From positions 3,487,704 to 3,551,703 of the forward strand of contig NC_068998.1 of assembly GCF_001194135.2 (NCBI RefSeq): a DNA stretch of 64,000 nt, written 5' to 3'. Position numbers and translations under genes: made by a program. Shown one piece after another: positions 1 through 14,600 of this stretch. Below the pieces are notes generated by a model, which did not search any database, was not told where the DNA came from, and saw only the letters and a list, made by a program, of their open reading frames with translations. Origin of the DNA: Octopus bimaculoides (taxonomy: Eukaryota). The stretch's first letter is position 1. Every line of letters begins with the position of its first letter.

Positions 1-2435
1 CCTGTGGCCAACCAAAGCCTTGTGAGTAGATTTGTTAGATGGAAACTGAAAGAAGCCTGTCCTATTGTTTAAGACAATTGAGGAAGTAGGTGATGGAACC
101 ACATGTCTGAAAAAATATGTAAGTGTTAATACTTTGTAGTTTTATTATCTTTTAAACAGTTTTAATTTAGCTTTAATCATAGCAAAGTTTTATAATAGTT
201 AATTACAAGTATACTTTTATTAGTTCCTATTTAATAAATTTATTGTTTTTATTGATTACTGGTAAGTTTACATTATAGCTTGTAAGGATAATATATATTA
301 ATGAGTATATAGTGTTTTTATTATTAACTTTAGAATTAGGAAATAATGTATTTCTCTCATAATATATTATTCATTAATTTCAATTGTGTTTTTGTTTTGG
401 AGAGAATTGAAATAAAGTTTTCACTTTTGTTTTTATTATAGTAGTAACTATGGAAGACCAGTGGGATTATTATTTGTATGGACTTAAAGCTTGGTCACTA
501 TTTAGTATATAATTTAGTTATTGTAGGCCTACTGTTAATACCGATACAGATGTACATAGGTTTGTGTTTCTTTATTGTAGTTTAATTTTAAAGTTAATGT
601 TTAATCCTGCCTATATTTAAATTGAATAAATGTGGTTATTACTTTTATACTATACTAAGGAGGACAGTAGGGAACATAATTTTCGTATGACTTAAAGGAC
701 TGGTTGCTGTTTAGTTACGTATTTAGGAGTTGGTTATCGATTTACTTATTGAATTTATTCACCGATACTGTTGTACATTGGGTAAATGTGTTTGAAAGTT
801 GTTTCTTTGTTCCCAAATAATATTTTAGCGCTGTTGACACTGCTGGCTTGACTGGTACTGTCCAGGTGTTGAAACCATAATGATATCCATGGGGCAGCTG
901 ATGATGGAGGTATGGCTGTTTTTGTATATGTGGAATAGTATAAGACATTCTTTTGATATATATATATGTTTCTGTGTTTGTCCCCCAACCATCCATTGAC
1001 AACCCCGTAGCTTAGCGGTTCAGCAAAAGAGACTGATTGAATAAGTACTAGGCTTACAAAGACCCAATAAGCTGAAGGACTTTGTCCAGCTCAAATGTCT
1101 GCTTTGGCACAGTTTCTATGGCTGGATGCCCTTCCCAACACTAACCATTTTACAGAATGTACTGGGTACCATTTAAAAAAAATTTTTTTTAATTTTTTTT
1201 TTTTATGACTGACATAATGTCAGAGTAACTTGCAAAGGAAGAAAAATAGGGATCTTTCAATTGTGTAGAGTTCCTTTTTTACAATAAAATATTACTTTTG
1301 ATTTAACAAACTCCACATTCACAAACATATCTTTCCCTGCCACCTATATTACTTTGTTAATTTCAAGGATGTACTATATTCTAATCTTAATTACAACAGC
1401 AGCAATAAATGTTAATATTGAGAGAGAGAGAGGGAGAGGGAGAGAAATGAATAGGAGTTGCATAATCATTATTAGCATATAACTGTTTCGGCTAAAAGAA
1501 ACCAAGCTATAAGCTAATGGAGGTTATTACATGACTCTTGTCCTTTATTAATTAATGCTCTGTACTGACCTTTTAGTTCATATGTCTAGAGCAGAGAACA
1601 TCAGACAATCCATACTTGCTTGCTACTGGGCCTTGCTGGTGAACTATATAACTAGACTGGGGTTTAACAACTGGTTATTTTGGGTACTTCTGTGACTGGA
1701 TGGAACTATAATTAATATGATCTCTTTGTTTCATGGTCAGTTTCTATAGAAGTTTCTCAGAAATTGAGTGAATTCATTCACAAGTGTTCAGATGGGACAG
1801 TTTATATTTCATTTTAAAATTATCAAAATCATTTCAAACTGGTTTTAAATTCTGGATAGGGCATTGGTGTGACAGGGTGACTGGTTCGATAGGGCATCCC
1901 CATAACTGAGGTACCAGGGTCTGGTATAACTTGTCACTGTAAACAGTGGAAGCATTGTGTAAAATAGTTAAGAGCAGCCTCAAGTACCGAGTTAAAAGCC
2001 ATTGACTATATTGAAGCCAATCAAACCATTTATTCTTTGCCTTAACTGCAAAGTGACTCACCACTTATAAATAAATATAAAATGACAACAGTTCCAGTTG
2101 ATCCAATGAACAGAACAGCCTGCTAGTAAAATAAACATGCAAGTGGCCAAGCACTCCACAGTGAAGGCTCATGAGCATAAGGTTGTGAGTTCATTCCCCA
2201 GCAATGTGTTGAGTTCTTGAGCAAGACACTTTTTTTCACATTGCTCCAGTGCAGTCAGCTTGCATAAGTGAGTTGTAGCTGTACTTCAAATGGCCAGCCT
2301 TGAAACGTGTATTACACTGAATCACCTTGTAAACTACATCAAAGGTATGCATGTCTGTGGACTAGATGATGATGCACATTTAAATGGCCATTTGTTCCGA
2401 TTGATGTACAATATGTATTTTTGTGGTATTGTGAG

Positions 2436-2642
2436 TACAAGGGGGGAGGGGCTAAAAAGTTCCTGGCTTTAAGGGTATTGCAAAGGGCTTGATTGGAGGC
2501 CCAACCTTCTGAGTTCTTTTACAAGGCTTAGAAAAACTGCAATAACTGAGTGAATCTGAGAGGGGAATATGTTGAGTAAAATCATGACTGATCCGCCTGT
2601 ATTTTCTTTTACCCAAAGCCAGGAAGTTTTCAGCACCCCATT
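2436..2642. mobile_element. Mariner-type MITE; related copy at about 48340-48540
   Basis: TIR ggggctaaaaagttcctggcttt / aaagccaggaagttttcagcacccc. Confidence 0.7.
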
Positions 2643-3204
2643 ACTTGAACATTCTGGTAAAAATCAAAAACTACTCCCACCCACCCCCACTTTAACAATT
2701 ACCAACCTGAAATTACATTACACCCCTACACACACATATTAACATCTTTAACAAATGTTAATTACACTAAACCAAATTAATGAAAACTTTTCTTCTATGG
2801 AAAGTAAAATCTATTAACAATTGTATAATTAGTTAACAAATTTAACTATTAATTACTTAAATTGATTTAACTAATTCAGCTGATAAAACTGAATGAGTTT
2901 TAATGGACTTTGCCTCATCTGTAGAATTTTTGTCGACCTTGAAGAATTTACGACAACTGAATCTAAAATAGCTGTTTGTTGTGGTTTCCACTTTGTTATC
3001 TTGCAATCCACATGTTTTGTTTTTAAACATTTTATATTTAAATTATACAATTACTCGTTAGATATACATGTCACGTCTTCATTTGTTCTTTAAAGTTTAA
3101 GAAAATCACATCAGTCGCTCATGTTGCAACATGGTACAAAAGCAATAAAAAATAAATACATATTGCAACAGTATTTCACTTTCCTCTGAATTTTTATTGT
3201 TTAT

Positions 3205-3261
3205 TCAGCGACTCTCCATTCTTGGAGTACTCTGGATATCCACCTGTATGTTACTGAACAC
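3205..3261 (-). CDS. CFAP69: CFAP69 last coding exon (VFSNIQVDIQSTPRMESR*)
   Basis: ttacag acceptor, phase 0; TGA stop; AATAAA at 3200-3205 and 3193-3198 on the minus strand; VDIQSTP resembles vertebrate VTVESTP. Confidence 0.85.
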   Translation of the reverse strand: MFSNIQVDIQSTPRMESR

Positions 3262-5320
3262 CTGTAAATAAATGGAATAAAAGAACAGTGTTTTGTTAAT
3301 TTAAAACATTTCCACTGAAATATATTTACTTTAAACAAATATCTGTTACATTAAATGAGAACAAATATATATCTGCTAAATCAGAAACACAAAATGGAGC
3401 CATAGCTCTCATCTCAGTTACGAGCTTGGAACCCTGATAACCTCTTACAACACTTACCCAGTGTACATATTTGTTTAGATCACTAGTGAACTAAACCCCC
3501 ATATTCTGTGCGTGTATATGTCTGAGAAAAGGTTGAGTTCTATATCATCCTTTACTTTGGGGAGTTCCAAAGGTCGATTTCTAATAAAGATTCTTCATAT
3601 TACATTGTTAGCTTACGGTTGTAAGAACTTTTTAAATATGAAAATGCTACAAGTATAAGGTGTGTTATGAGAATTTAAAGCACACACATCCTATAGAAGA
3701 TCAACAAAGATGGAGAAGAAAAGGTGTTAAAATTTTTTAATTAAATTCTTTTAAAACTTTTAACACCTATTCTTCTCCATACATATATATACTGTATGTA
3801 TGTATATTGTAATTGAATGACCTAAATAAACAAATGTTCTGTTATTCCTTCAGAATTCATTTCTCTGATTCAGTAATAAGGTTTTTAATTTTAGGCCAAA
3901 AGATGATCCGTTTTAACTGGTGATTGGCATCAAATATTTCCATTATAAAAGTTAAATGCAAAACACGTCATGCATTAGCCTAGAATCAAGTTGTGCACAT
4001 ATACATGCATACACACAAACACACACGTCTGAGTTCATTCATTGATTCGAGGCTGATGATTCACTCCGTCGATAGTCCGAGTTTCTCACCTCTGTCAGCT
4101 TCAAATGAGTAAATGAACTCTATAACCCGTATTGTGTTCTTTCTTACTCTTATTTGTACATGTCACCAAATGTTCCATGTATGTATAATCATAGATATGT
4201 GATTCCACTTCTATGGAAATGAAATCTTATTTAAATGTAACTGAGTGAAGAAAAACATCCCAAAAAGATTGCATTGGCCCTCCCTTTCTTTCAACTCAAA
4301 TTTATTTTTTTTTCCATTTTAAAAAACCCTCTGAAAATAGGTTTCTTATGATGTGTGATTGCACACGTGTATACATATATATATGTTAATGTTCGTTTTT
4401 GTATTCAGTTAGAATAAAAACAATTTTACATTAATCTGATGGATTACTCTATACTTTTTTTAGAGTATAAATTTATTTTCTTACACAATCTTATTGATTG
4501 TGACTTCGAAGTTTCAGTCATCTAAGCCCTCATCATGAACCAAAAAAAAACTGACCCACCCAATTACTAATGTTATAAATGCTGGACTTTGTCCTTTGAC
4601 CTTTACATGCAATAAAACCAGTAAAACTGCAGACACATAACATATGGGACACACCTAAATATGTACACCTGCTTACAAAGTTCTACATACATGAATAAAT
4701 TCTAAACAAATAGCATAACCCCGAATTTAATCAAAAATTTCTCCAAAACACCCTTCCATAACAATCCACCCTAAAACCTAATCATCAGCCCATGACAACC
4801 CACATACCCAAGGAAGACTAACACAGAGATTATATAAAGCTAGAATTAACTTCAGTGCATCACTGTCAATAATATTCTTGTTTCAGAGTAAATATATGTG
4901 TGTGTGTGTGATTGTTAAAGAGGACGACAAGCGCTAAGGCAAGACAAACATCTCAAGTCATATACGTTACTATTATTGGAAAAATTCAAAGTCTTACAAC
5001 TGTTTCTGGGATATTCCATCATCAGAGACAAATATTTGTATCTGATGAGGAAATGTCCCATGTTTTGGGATATCCCAGAAACAGCTGCAAGACTTTGAAT
5101 TTTTCCAATAATAGTAACGTATATGACTTGATATATTTGTCTTGCTGATATAGCAGATATATAATTATATCTCTGGTATATCAGAAATCTACAATGGTTC
5201 CAAAACTCCTGTCTCGGCTATAACCTTGGAGCCCTGGTAATCCATTACAGCACTTATTCAGCATACCTAGTCGTTTAGATTACTTGTGAACTAAACCTCC
5301 ATAATTTGTGTGTTTGTGTG

Positions 5321-5352
<32 letters not shown>

Positions 5353-8300
5353 TTCATATATGTATATATACATTATGTGTGTACATATGTGTATACACAT
5401 TACACACAACAAAGAAAAAAAAACCATCACGTACTGTCGTTCCCAAATTTGGTATGTCTATACTGTGGAAGTATTGGCTGGAAAGAGAACAGAAGAATAT
5501 AACTGGTTTTGTTTCCACATTTATAATAATAATAATTCAGAGGTGAGAAGCAAAATAAATATAAAATCATTATTTAATGTTTGATAATCAACAAAAATAT
5601 TTACATTTTCGAAAAAAAAAGAAACAAACAAAAAAAAATGCTTTTCTTTCTAGAAAAAAAAGTTTTTTTCTCTCCTAAATTATAATTTTTGTTTTATTTC
5701 TATGTAAATACTTATGTATGTGTATCATAAATATATGTACACATGAATATATACATGTATGTGTGTGTGTGTATATATATATATACATACACTGATTACT
5801 GGACCTTAGTTTTTCTTGAATTATAAACAATCATATTCCTTGGATATTATTATTATTATTGATTTTCCTGATTGGTAGCAGAGGTGGGGGTGTCATGTAG
5901 ATGTTTTATTATAAAGATATATATATATCTACACACACACACTTACATACATATTCTATATATATTTCTGACATTACAAGACTTTAGATAATAACTTGGT
6001 GGAATAAAGACAATACAACATGGAAAACCTGTTCATTTCATTTTTCACCATTTTAAGAGAGAAAGAGATTTTGTTTGTTTTTTTTTTTCTCCCCTTTTTT
6101 TTGGGGGGGGGGGGTCTTTGAGAATTTTTTTGTCATTGTGGTAATTCTACAGATTGTCTGATATAGAACAGGAGTCAGACACTTTTCAATGTCAACAGTG
6201 TGTGTGTGTGTGTATGTGTAGCATCTGGGTATTGTGTCAAAAAATTATCTGGATGTGAATATATATAGGAGCAGGTACGTCCGTATGCTAAGAAGTTTGC
6301 CTTCCAACCACATGGTTCCCGGTTCAATCCTGTTGCATGGCACCTTGGGCAAGTGTCTTCTACTATAGCCTCTGGCTGACCAAAGCCTTGTGAGTGGATT
6401 TGGTAGAGGGAAACTGAAAGAAGCCTCCTTTTACTTGTTTCAGTCATCAAACCATCAAACCCAGAACACATTATGAAACATCTCTAGTAGATGCCAGCTG
6501 CACCGCATGATGGAATGAACCCTGTACAACATGGCTGAGAGGTGAACATCTTAACCACATGACCATGCCTACACACACGTGTGCGTGACAAAGTTAAAAC
6601 ACAGTATATTTTATTTAATGATTTTCAGTTCGTTTCCTGTCTCACATTGTTGTAATTATTACAACAATAAATAATAATTATTTTATATTTAAATATTCTT
6701 TTTTTTTTCTTTCAAAAATATTGATTACAAACATTTTTTATGCCTCAGGCAAAGAAGCATCATTTAATGTGGTGTGTGTGTGTGTGTGTATATATGCATT
6801 AATGAGTGTGTGTATGTATGAGGTTCTTTGTGTGTGTTTCTCATCGAGACCACTTGAGGTTTCTTTCAGAAAATAAACCAACTTGAATAATTCAAGTCTT
6901 TGGACAAAATTAATCTAAACAAACGTTGTTTCTGAAGAATAAAAATGATGGAGACAAGACAATAAACCTCTCTTCCTAAAAACATGTAACACCATTTTCA
7001 CGCTTATGCGCACATATGAACACCCATCTATACATATAGAGGCTACTATATATCCAGATATACATTCCACAATATGTGCACACATATATATATATATACA
7101 TGTGTGTGTGAATGTGTGGACAGTAGTATGGTAGACAAGGCCATGGAAACCAGGAAAGCCAATAATCCCATGGTTGTGATGATCAAAGTATCCAGTAAGG
7201 TAAAGTACAGGCTAATCACATCATTCAGGAAGGTGTAATGTAACCAAGGACTGGCATAGCAGCATTATTGTTAGTTGCTACAAGGGTGATGGTGATGCTT
7301 TAGGGAGAAGCAATTATCAAACTTCTAGACTCGGTGATGAAAATGAGAGAGAGAGAGTTATAGCCCAATTAATTAGCAGCAGAATTGGTCTAGATAAAAT
7401 GGCAGTCCAGCTTCATCTGCGGAAGAAGCACTAAGCTTTGAATAAACCATTACTGTTGGTATTTGTTGATCTCGAGAAAGCCGCCAACAGAGTGCCCCAC
7501 TATGTGATATGGTGGGCACTGAGGTGGCTAGGGACAGAGGAGTGGATGGTGAAAGCAGTACAGGTCATGTAGAAAGATAGTATCTGTAAGGTGAGAGTCA
7601 AGTACAGCGAAGAATTTGGTTCATCAAGGTTTAGTCCTCAGTCCCCTCCTTTTCATAATAGAGGAAGTCAAGACCAGCAGACCCCAGGAACTACTGTGTG
7701 CTGATGATTTTGCCCTCTTGGCAGATTCTTTATCAGAGCAAAAAGAGAAATTCGAGGTGTGGAAGCAAAATCTGGAATCTAAAGGCCTTAAGGTTAATTT
7801 AGCAAAGACTAAGGTCCTAGTAAGCAAAAGGAGAGAGAGAGAGAGAAGAAAAGAATGAAAGAAACATTAAAATGTTGAATGCCAAATAAATCGGCATCAA
7901 ATAAATGATGCCAAAACATCTCATATGTGTTAATGACTTACCTGTTCAGGTAATCAGTCAGTATCCTTGAAGATTCTATTGACAAACACTGTCTACGCTT
8001 TGCAGCCTGGAAAAAAGAATTTATTTGCTAAATATTTCTGCGTTTACAAAAAATTATTTAATCTTTTAAAATATTTCAAGCATAATTTCTTTCTCCTCCA
8101 AGTATTTTAAAACATTCACTTCTGTTTTTTTTTTTACATCTTAACATCTGCACAGTTCACTTGAATAATCTTGCCATTTTGGGGTATATTGCTACACAAT
8201 GTGTTGGAACAAGAGTCTATGCTTGTTTATGTGAAGGTATGCATGTATATGTCTGTATATATATGTGTGGATATATGTGTGTGTGTGTGTGTGTACGTGT

Positions 8301-8553
8301 ACGTGTATGTGTATGTGTGTTGTGAATTCAATTTCCAAATCGAGAGGCATGTGTTCTTGAGCAAGTTGCTCCAGTCCACTTGGCTGTATATGGCTAACCC
8401 AGCAATGGGGTAACCTTCCAATCAGGAGGAATGTTGGCCTGCTTGCCTGGCCACAGCAGGGTGACATTATTCGAATGCTAAAACAGTGCAAAGGACATTG
8501 TGACCAGCAATGTATAACACTATCCTACAGTCTGGTCAATCACATGAAATAGA

Positions 8554-8621
<68 letters not shown>

Positions 8622-11600
8622 AGACTAAGCACATAAATGCGAAACAAGGTGGAAAAAATAGTACCAGAGGTAGAGTAATATACTTTATTAAAAAGCAGCA
8701 AAAATATCACAAAAACTGTTACTCAGAGTTTCACGTTCCCATTTGGCGAACAGTTTTGTTTAGAATGGAACAAAAATAAATTCTTATGCAAAAGTGTACA
8801 ATTAGTTTGATAGATACACATTTGAAAATGGTTTTCTTTCATTGGTCCTTTCAACTAAACGGTCTTTTCAAGAACTTGTTGCATGAAATAACAAATTGTG
8901 ATATAGCATCACTGGAATACCATTGATCATAAGTCCGTCTTTTGGATCAGGATTGACCTGGGGCTAAATAACAACATTACCTGTGCCATCCTTAACCAAT
9001 ATCATCCAAACATCTAAAGACTACATATGTGACTTACTTGAAGTAACGAATATTTTGATGTTCTTGACACAAACTGGACCCAGATGTTATCCTCCATTTC
9101 TTTTTGTTCATAATTCTTTCTCATCTGAAATACAAATACATATACATATAGTGTTGAAACAACAATGATTTCCAATGGAACGGCTGATGATGGGATGTCT
9201 GTGTTTGTTCAGGTAACTCTTAGTTGTGTATATGTAGAGGCTTTCACATTCACAACGCACCAGAATGGCCTACCAGTGAAAGCTCATTTCTCCAACCTGA
9301 TTATTTACTTTCCTGTATTTGGAAAGAGGCATCGCTACAGACATAAGACAGCAATTGAAAAATTACAGATGTGGTAATTGTTCACTCAGCTGAATAAAAA
9401 TCCATTATATACAAATATCAATACATCAAGAAAAGGCAAATTAATTGCATTTGCCATTGACAAACACCAACAAGGCAGAAATGTGCATCAATAGCATTTT
9501 CACATGACCTGACAGACTAATTTACCATAAATTATTGTTTTTTTTTATCTTGTGTCAAGTAGGGAAAGAGGAGAGAGAGAGATGGTGGTGGTGAGAGTAA
9601 ATCGGTTGGAGATTGGAGAGGGCAAGTGGGTGGTGAGTTCACAAGACTGCGATGGGAGAATGGGTTTTTAAAAAAAATAATATATAAAGTAAAGAAATTA
9701 TTAGCCAAACTATATTCCTTACTTCAGCGTAACATTCTTGTTCATCCAGAGCTTCGGTCTTTTCATACGATGCCATCAATTCTAGCTGGGCATTTCTTGT
9801 TATCTGACCCCACCAGTGGTACCGTGCTAAGACAGCATTACATATCTGTTGATCATGCTCTATCAAAGCCACATTCTCCTTTTCAAGTTCCTCTATCACC
9901 TCCACCCATACTTCACCAGTCTGCCAGGTGGGGAAGGAAAACAAAAAAGAAAAAAGAAAAAGCAAGAAAATAATTTAATTAAAAGATTTAATTAAACCCA
10001 TTCAATTAATTTTTCTTTTCTGAATTGTTTGCAAGTTATTTTGTGATTTATTTTTCACAAAATTGGTTTTTGTTGGCAGAGGGCCTTCCAAACTGACTGG
10101 ACAAAATAGCTTTTACTGACATCACGTATTGGAAAGATTGGTCAGAGAGAGAAAGAAAGAGGTAGAGTTTTTTCAAACCAATATCAGTTTTTCAGGAAAA
10201 TCAATGTTTACAGCAAAAATAGAGCTTCTATAAAAAGGTGGGGGTGCTTTTTTAACCCTTTAACATTCAGATTACTTTGCCAAAATATAAGTTTTATTAT
10301 TCACATTGTTCTGAATTAATCCTGTATTACCTCATAGCTTTGAGATTTCATTAATGTGATTGTCTAATTTTAGAGCGACATTGTAGGGTTGGTGTGAGAG
10401 GTTGGATCTAGCCAGTTTGAACATAAAACAGAAACAATATTTTGGCTGGATATAGGCAGATTAAATGCTAAGGGATCAAACTTATCACTGATAATGAGAA
10501 ATTGGCAGAATTCTGCTTCACACACCCTATAATTCTTCGCGACTTTTATTTTTTGGAACTTTCAGAAAATTTCTGCAAATTGATGGGAATTTGTACAACT
10601 ATGCAAAATGAAAAAGGCTGACAAACCTTAAAATCCATGTAATTTTCAATGAGAATCAGAGTGACATGATCAAGAATTGTGAGTCCAGGTAAGTTACTAA
10701 AACCTACAAAGAAATATTAGAACAATTATGGGGGGTTTTTTGNNNNNNNNNNNNNNNNNNNNNNNNNNNNNNNNNNNNNNNNNNNNNNNNNNNNNNNNNN
10801 NNNNNNNNNNNNNNNNNNNNNNNNNNNNNNNNNNNNNNNNNNNAATTTCTTGGTTCAGTGAAAGATCTAGAATTGTGGCATCAATATTGAAAGGCAGACA
10901 ATTTAGATATTATGAAGTCTTTTGGGATTTAGGTTATAAAGTTAGGCACAAGTGTGAGTCTGGGGTGGGGTGGGGTCACATGGTCTGCTTCATAATTAGG
11001 CGGTCTGGGGTTCATTAATCACATGGCACCTTGGGCATGCATTTTCTACTACAGCCCCAAGCTGACCAAAGACTGAGTGGAATTGGTAAGCAGAAACTAT
11101 AAGAAGCTTGTTGTGCATGTGTGTAATTAGAAAAGGGGACACAGTGAAGTGAAACATGCAACCAAGAATGGGCTCAGTTGTGGGTTCCATACTCCACTCC
11201 GGCATACAGTGTAGCCTGACATGTGGCATAAACTCAGGTCAAATGAGAGTGTGGAACCCAAACCAAAAAATAAAAAATATCGATAAAAATAAGTCTTATA
11301 GAACACAGACATGTTTCATCAAAATGCCACATTAATTCTATAAGAATGGTACAAACATTATGCAATCATTCCTTTCACTTCTATTTTGTTTCCATTTGTT
11401 CATACACCCAGCTTATCCTTGGCAAGACTAAAGAAAGCTCCGATTCCCACACAAGTGGAAAGAGACTGGAAGTAAGGAAGTACCAGGCAAGTGAAAGAAC
11501 AGAACCAGAGTGATTGGAGCATAAGAGCAATACACGGAAAAAAAAAAAGAAAAACATGTAATAAATCGAAGATTATAATTTATTTTAAAGTTTTAATTAA

Positions 11601-14600
11601 GATCAGATTAAAACAAAAATAACAAGCAAAGTTTGTTTGAAAGAAAATCCCATTCCAAGAATTTCTACTTACCTAGTTTGGTAAAAAGACAATAAATCTT
11701 GGCCCTCATGTTTTCGGTTACTTCCACAATAGCAGGACTGGCACAAGAGGCAGGTTGGAGTACAATGCCTTGCTCTCTTTGGACCTGACCAGCTAAAGGA
11801 TTTCTCACACCTAAACGGAACAGAAACTATAATAAATATCTTTCCATAGATATGAGTTACAGATCCCTTCTCAATCACATGGGATTGGGTTTCAGTCCCA
11901 GTGTGGCACCTTGGGCAAGAGTAGTCCAGGGTCAACCAAAACCTTGTGAGTGGATTTGATAGATGGAAACTGAAAAGAAGCTCATCATCTATCTCCATGT
12001 ATGCAGGGGCCATCTTAGCAATGATACCCCCCCCCCCGGTAAATCAGTGCTCTGGTTAACCCAAACAAGATTCAAACTATAGATCTACACTCACCTCCTG
12101 TTCAACATGGTTCACTGCTCCTTTGAGTATTGACTATAAGAGTTAAATATAAGGTATAAATTCTGCAATTTACCTGTAATTAATCCCCTTGGGTCTTTTA
12201 TCACCTCCATTTCTTTTTCTTCTTCCTGCCAGATTCTACAGAAGAGGTGAGGAGCGGTGACGCTGTGTCTCAAACCTCTCCAAATAAGGATGTGTCTTAT
12301 TGTCTTCTTGTTTGTGTGACATAGGTCGACCAGGCAGCTTAAGATGGTACTTCTCATGTGGTGAGGCAAGACCTGCAAGGAAGAATTCAGTATCATTTTA
12401 TACGTAGATAAGTAGGTCAGCAGATGTAGACGAAGAGAGAGAGAGAGTGGGGAGAAGGATGGAGGGATGAATGGAGACAGACAGACAGATGGACAGAGAG
12501 ACAAGTAGATGAATAAAGACATACACAGATCAATAATTAGACATTGATAAGTAGGTAGATATAGATATAGACTGAAAGATAGACACCTAGGTAGAGATAG
12601 ATAGACACCTAGATAGAGATAGATAGATAGATACAAATATAGTCACAAAACCCTGCCAAAACTGACAGAATAGCCTAGGGTAGTGTTCTACTTGGCTGGC
12701 TCCTGTCAAACAGTCCAATCCATGATGACACAGACAGACAGGCATACATACGTCCAGGGTGGTGCACAGTAGGACTTGAAGCCAAAACAATATAGATAGG
12801 AAGCAAGCTTTTTAACCACACAGCCATGTCTGTGCATATACATGTCTACATTTGTGTGTGTGTGTGTGTGTGTGTGTGCGCACACATGTTTAGCTTTGCA
12901 TTAGTATCAAAATTGACTTACCTCCAAAAGATCCAAAAGTAGGAAACAGCCTTCATTCTCTAGGAAATGGTTCTCCAAGAGACTGGAACCAACAACTGCA
13001 CACCTGAAATTCAATATATATATATCATCATCATCAACCCTAGTTCTTGTTCTAAAGTGATCTAAATTAAGCAGGATTTGAAACTAGACTGCAAAGAATC
13101 ACAACAAATATGGTGACATTGTTTCTGGTGCTCTACAAACTTACCACCATCATGTAATGAAGTAAAAATTTGAAAATGAAATCAAATAAGAAAATGATTC
13201 TTACCAAATGCAGTCAATGGTGGCCAATATCAAAATATGGTAACCGAGGCCTGAGCTCAGTACTGACAGATCGCATCTTAAGAAACACATTAAGATGTCT
13301 AAACCCATGGTGCCAAGTAATTCCTGAAGACAGAATCAAAGACAAAGACTTATTTGTTTCAGTTATTTGACTGCAGCTATGCTGGAGAACCACCTTTAGT
13401 CGAACAAATCGACCCCCAGAAATTATTCTTTGTAAGCCTAGTACTTATTCTATCAGTCTCTTTTGCAGAGGTTAGACTAGAAGACACTTGCCCAAGATGC
13501 CACAACCATGTGATTGGGAAGCAAGCTTCTTACCACACAGCCACAATATTAAAGTAATCATTGGTTGGTAAAAAAGTGGAAAGAAAATTTATTAAATGTT
13601 TTACCTTTTATTTCAGTCATTTGACTGTGGCCATGCTGGGGCACCCCCTTGAAAGGCTTCTGTCAAACAAAACATCAGTATTGTTTATTTTTTAAATCTA
13701 TAACACTTTTCGAGGAAACTGCTAAGTAAGGGAATGTAAACAAACCAACACCGCTTGTCAAAAGATGCAGGGTTGGGTGGGGAGTGCAAAGACCGGCACA
13801 AAGGAACACACAATTATATATATGCACACACACAACAGGCTTCCACACAGTTTCCGCCCAACAAATTGCTCGCCCTTGTCCAAGGTGAAGTGTTGTGCTG
13901 CGAGACTCAGCCCAAAACTATTGGCTGGTAATGAGTTTCTTAATCACAAAGCTATGCCTGCTTGCAAAGAAAATTCCAAGAAATGTTTTAAATATTTGAT
14001 CCCCCAAAAAATCTTTTTTCTTTTGTCATTATTATTCTTCCTTACCTTTCGATGAACATCAGTTTCGCAGAGAATCGATATAATCAACAAGATGGTCGAC
14101 TTCATTTCATTGGTTATAGTGACACTGGGACCAATTTCCATCAAGGATAAAGCCAGCATGGCTATTGAAATACAAGTACAGACATAAGGAAAAACGAAGT
14201 GATTTCATTTCGGGTCTTACAGGATTTCATCAAATAAATAGATAACACATGTCACCCTCAAACAGCTACAAATCACCACCAGGACCACCATTTTAATGTC
14301 TACTTTTCAGCATCCACATGGGCCGGAGGGAATTTGTTAAGACGGATTTTTCTACAACTGGATGCCCTTCCTGTCACCAATCCTAACCTTGCTTCCAAGC
14401 AAGGTAATATTTCCCTCTGACCAGAGATTTCCACAAAAGATTGGAAAGGAAGGACATTGTTTGTGTGATGGTGACACATGTTAACAACTGTCATGTGATG
14501 TCATGGCAACAAGAAACTATCTCTCACACACACACACACACACACATATTTACGATGGGCTTCTTACTGTTTCTGTTGGCCTGAGGCTATAGTAGAAGAC

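Noticed and set aside
100-740. T/G-skewed AT-rich tract resembling a mitochondrial insertion (NUMT)
   Set aside because: The frames I translated with the invertebrate mitochondrial code had frequent TAA/TAG stops and no recognisable ND/COX/ATP motifs; a BLASTN against mtDNA would settle it.
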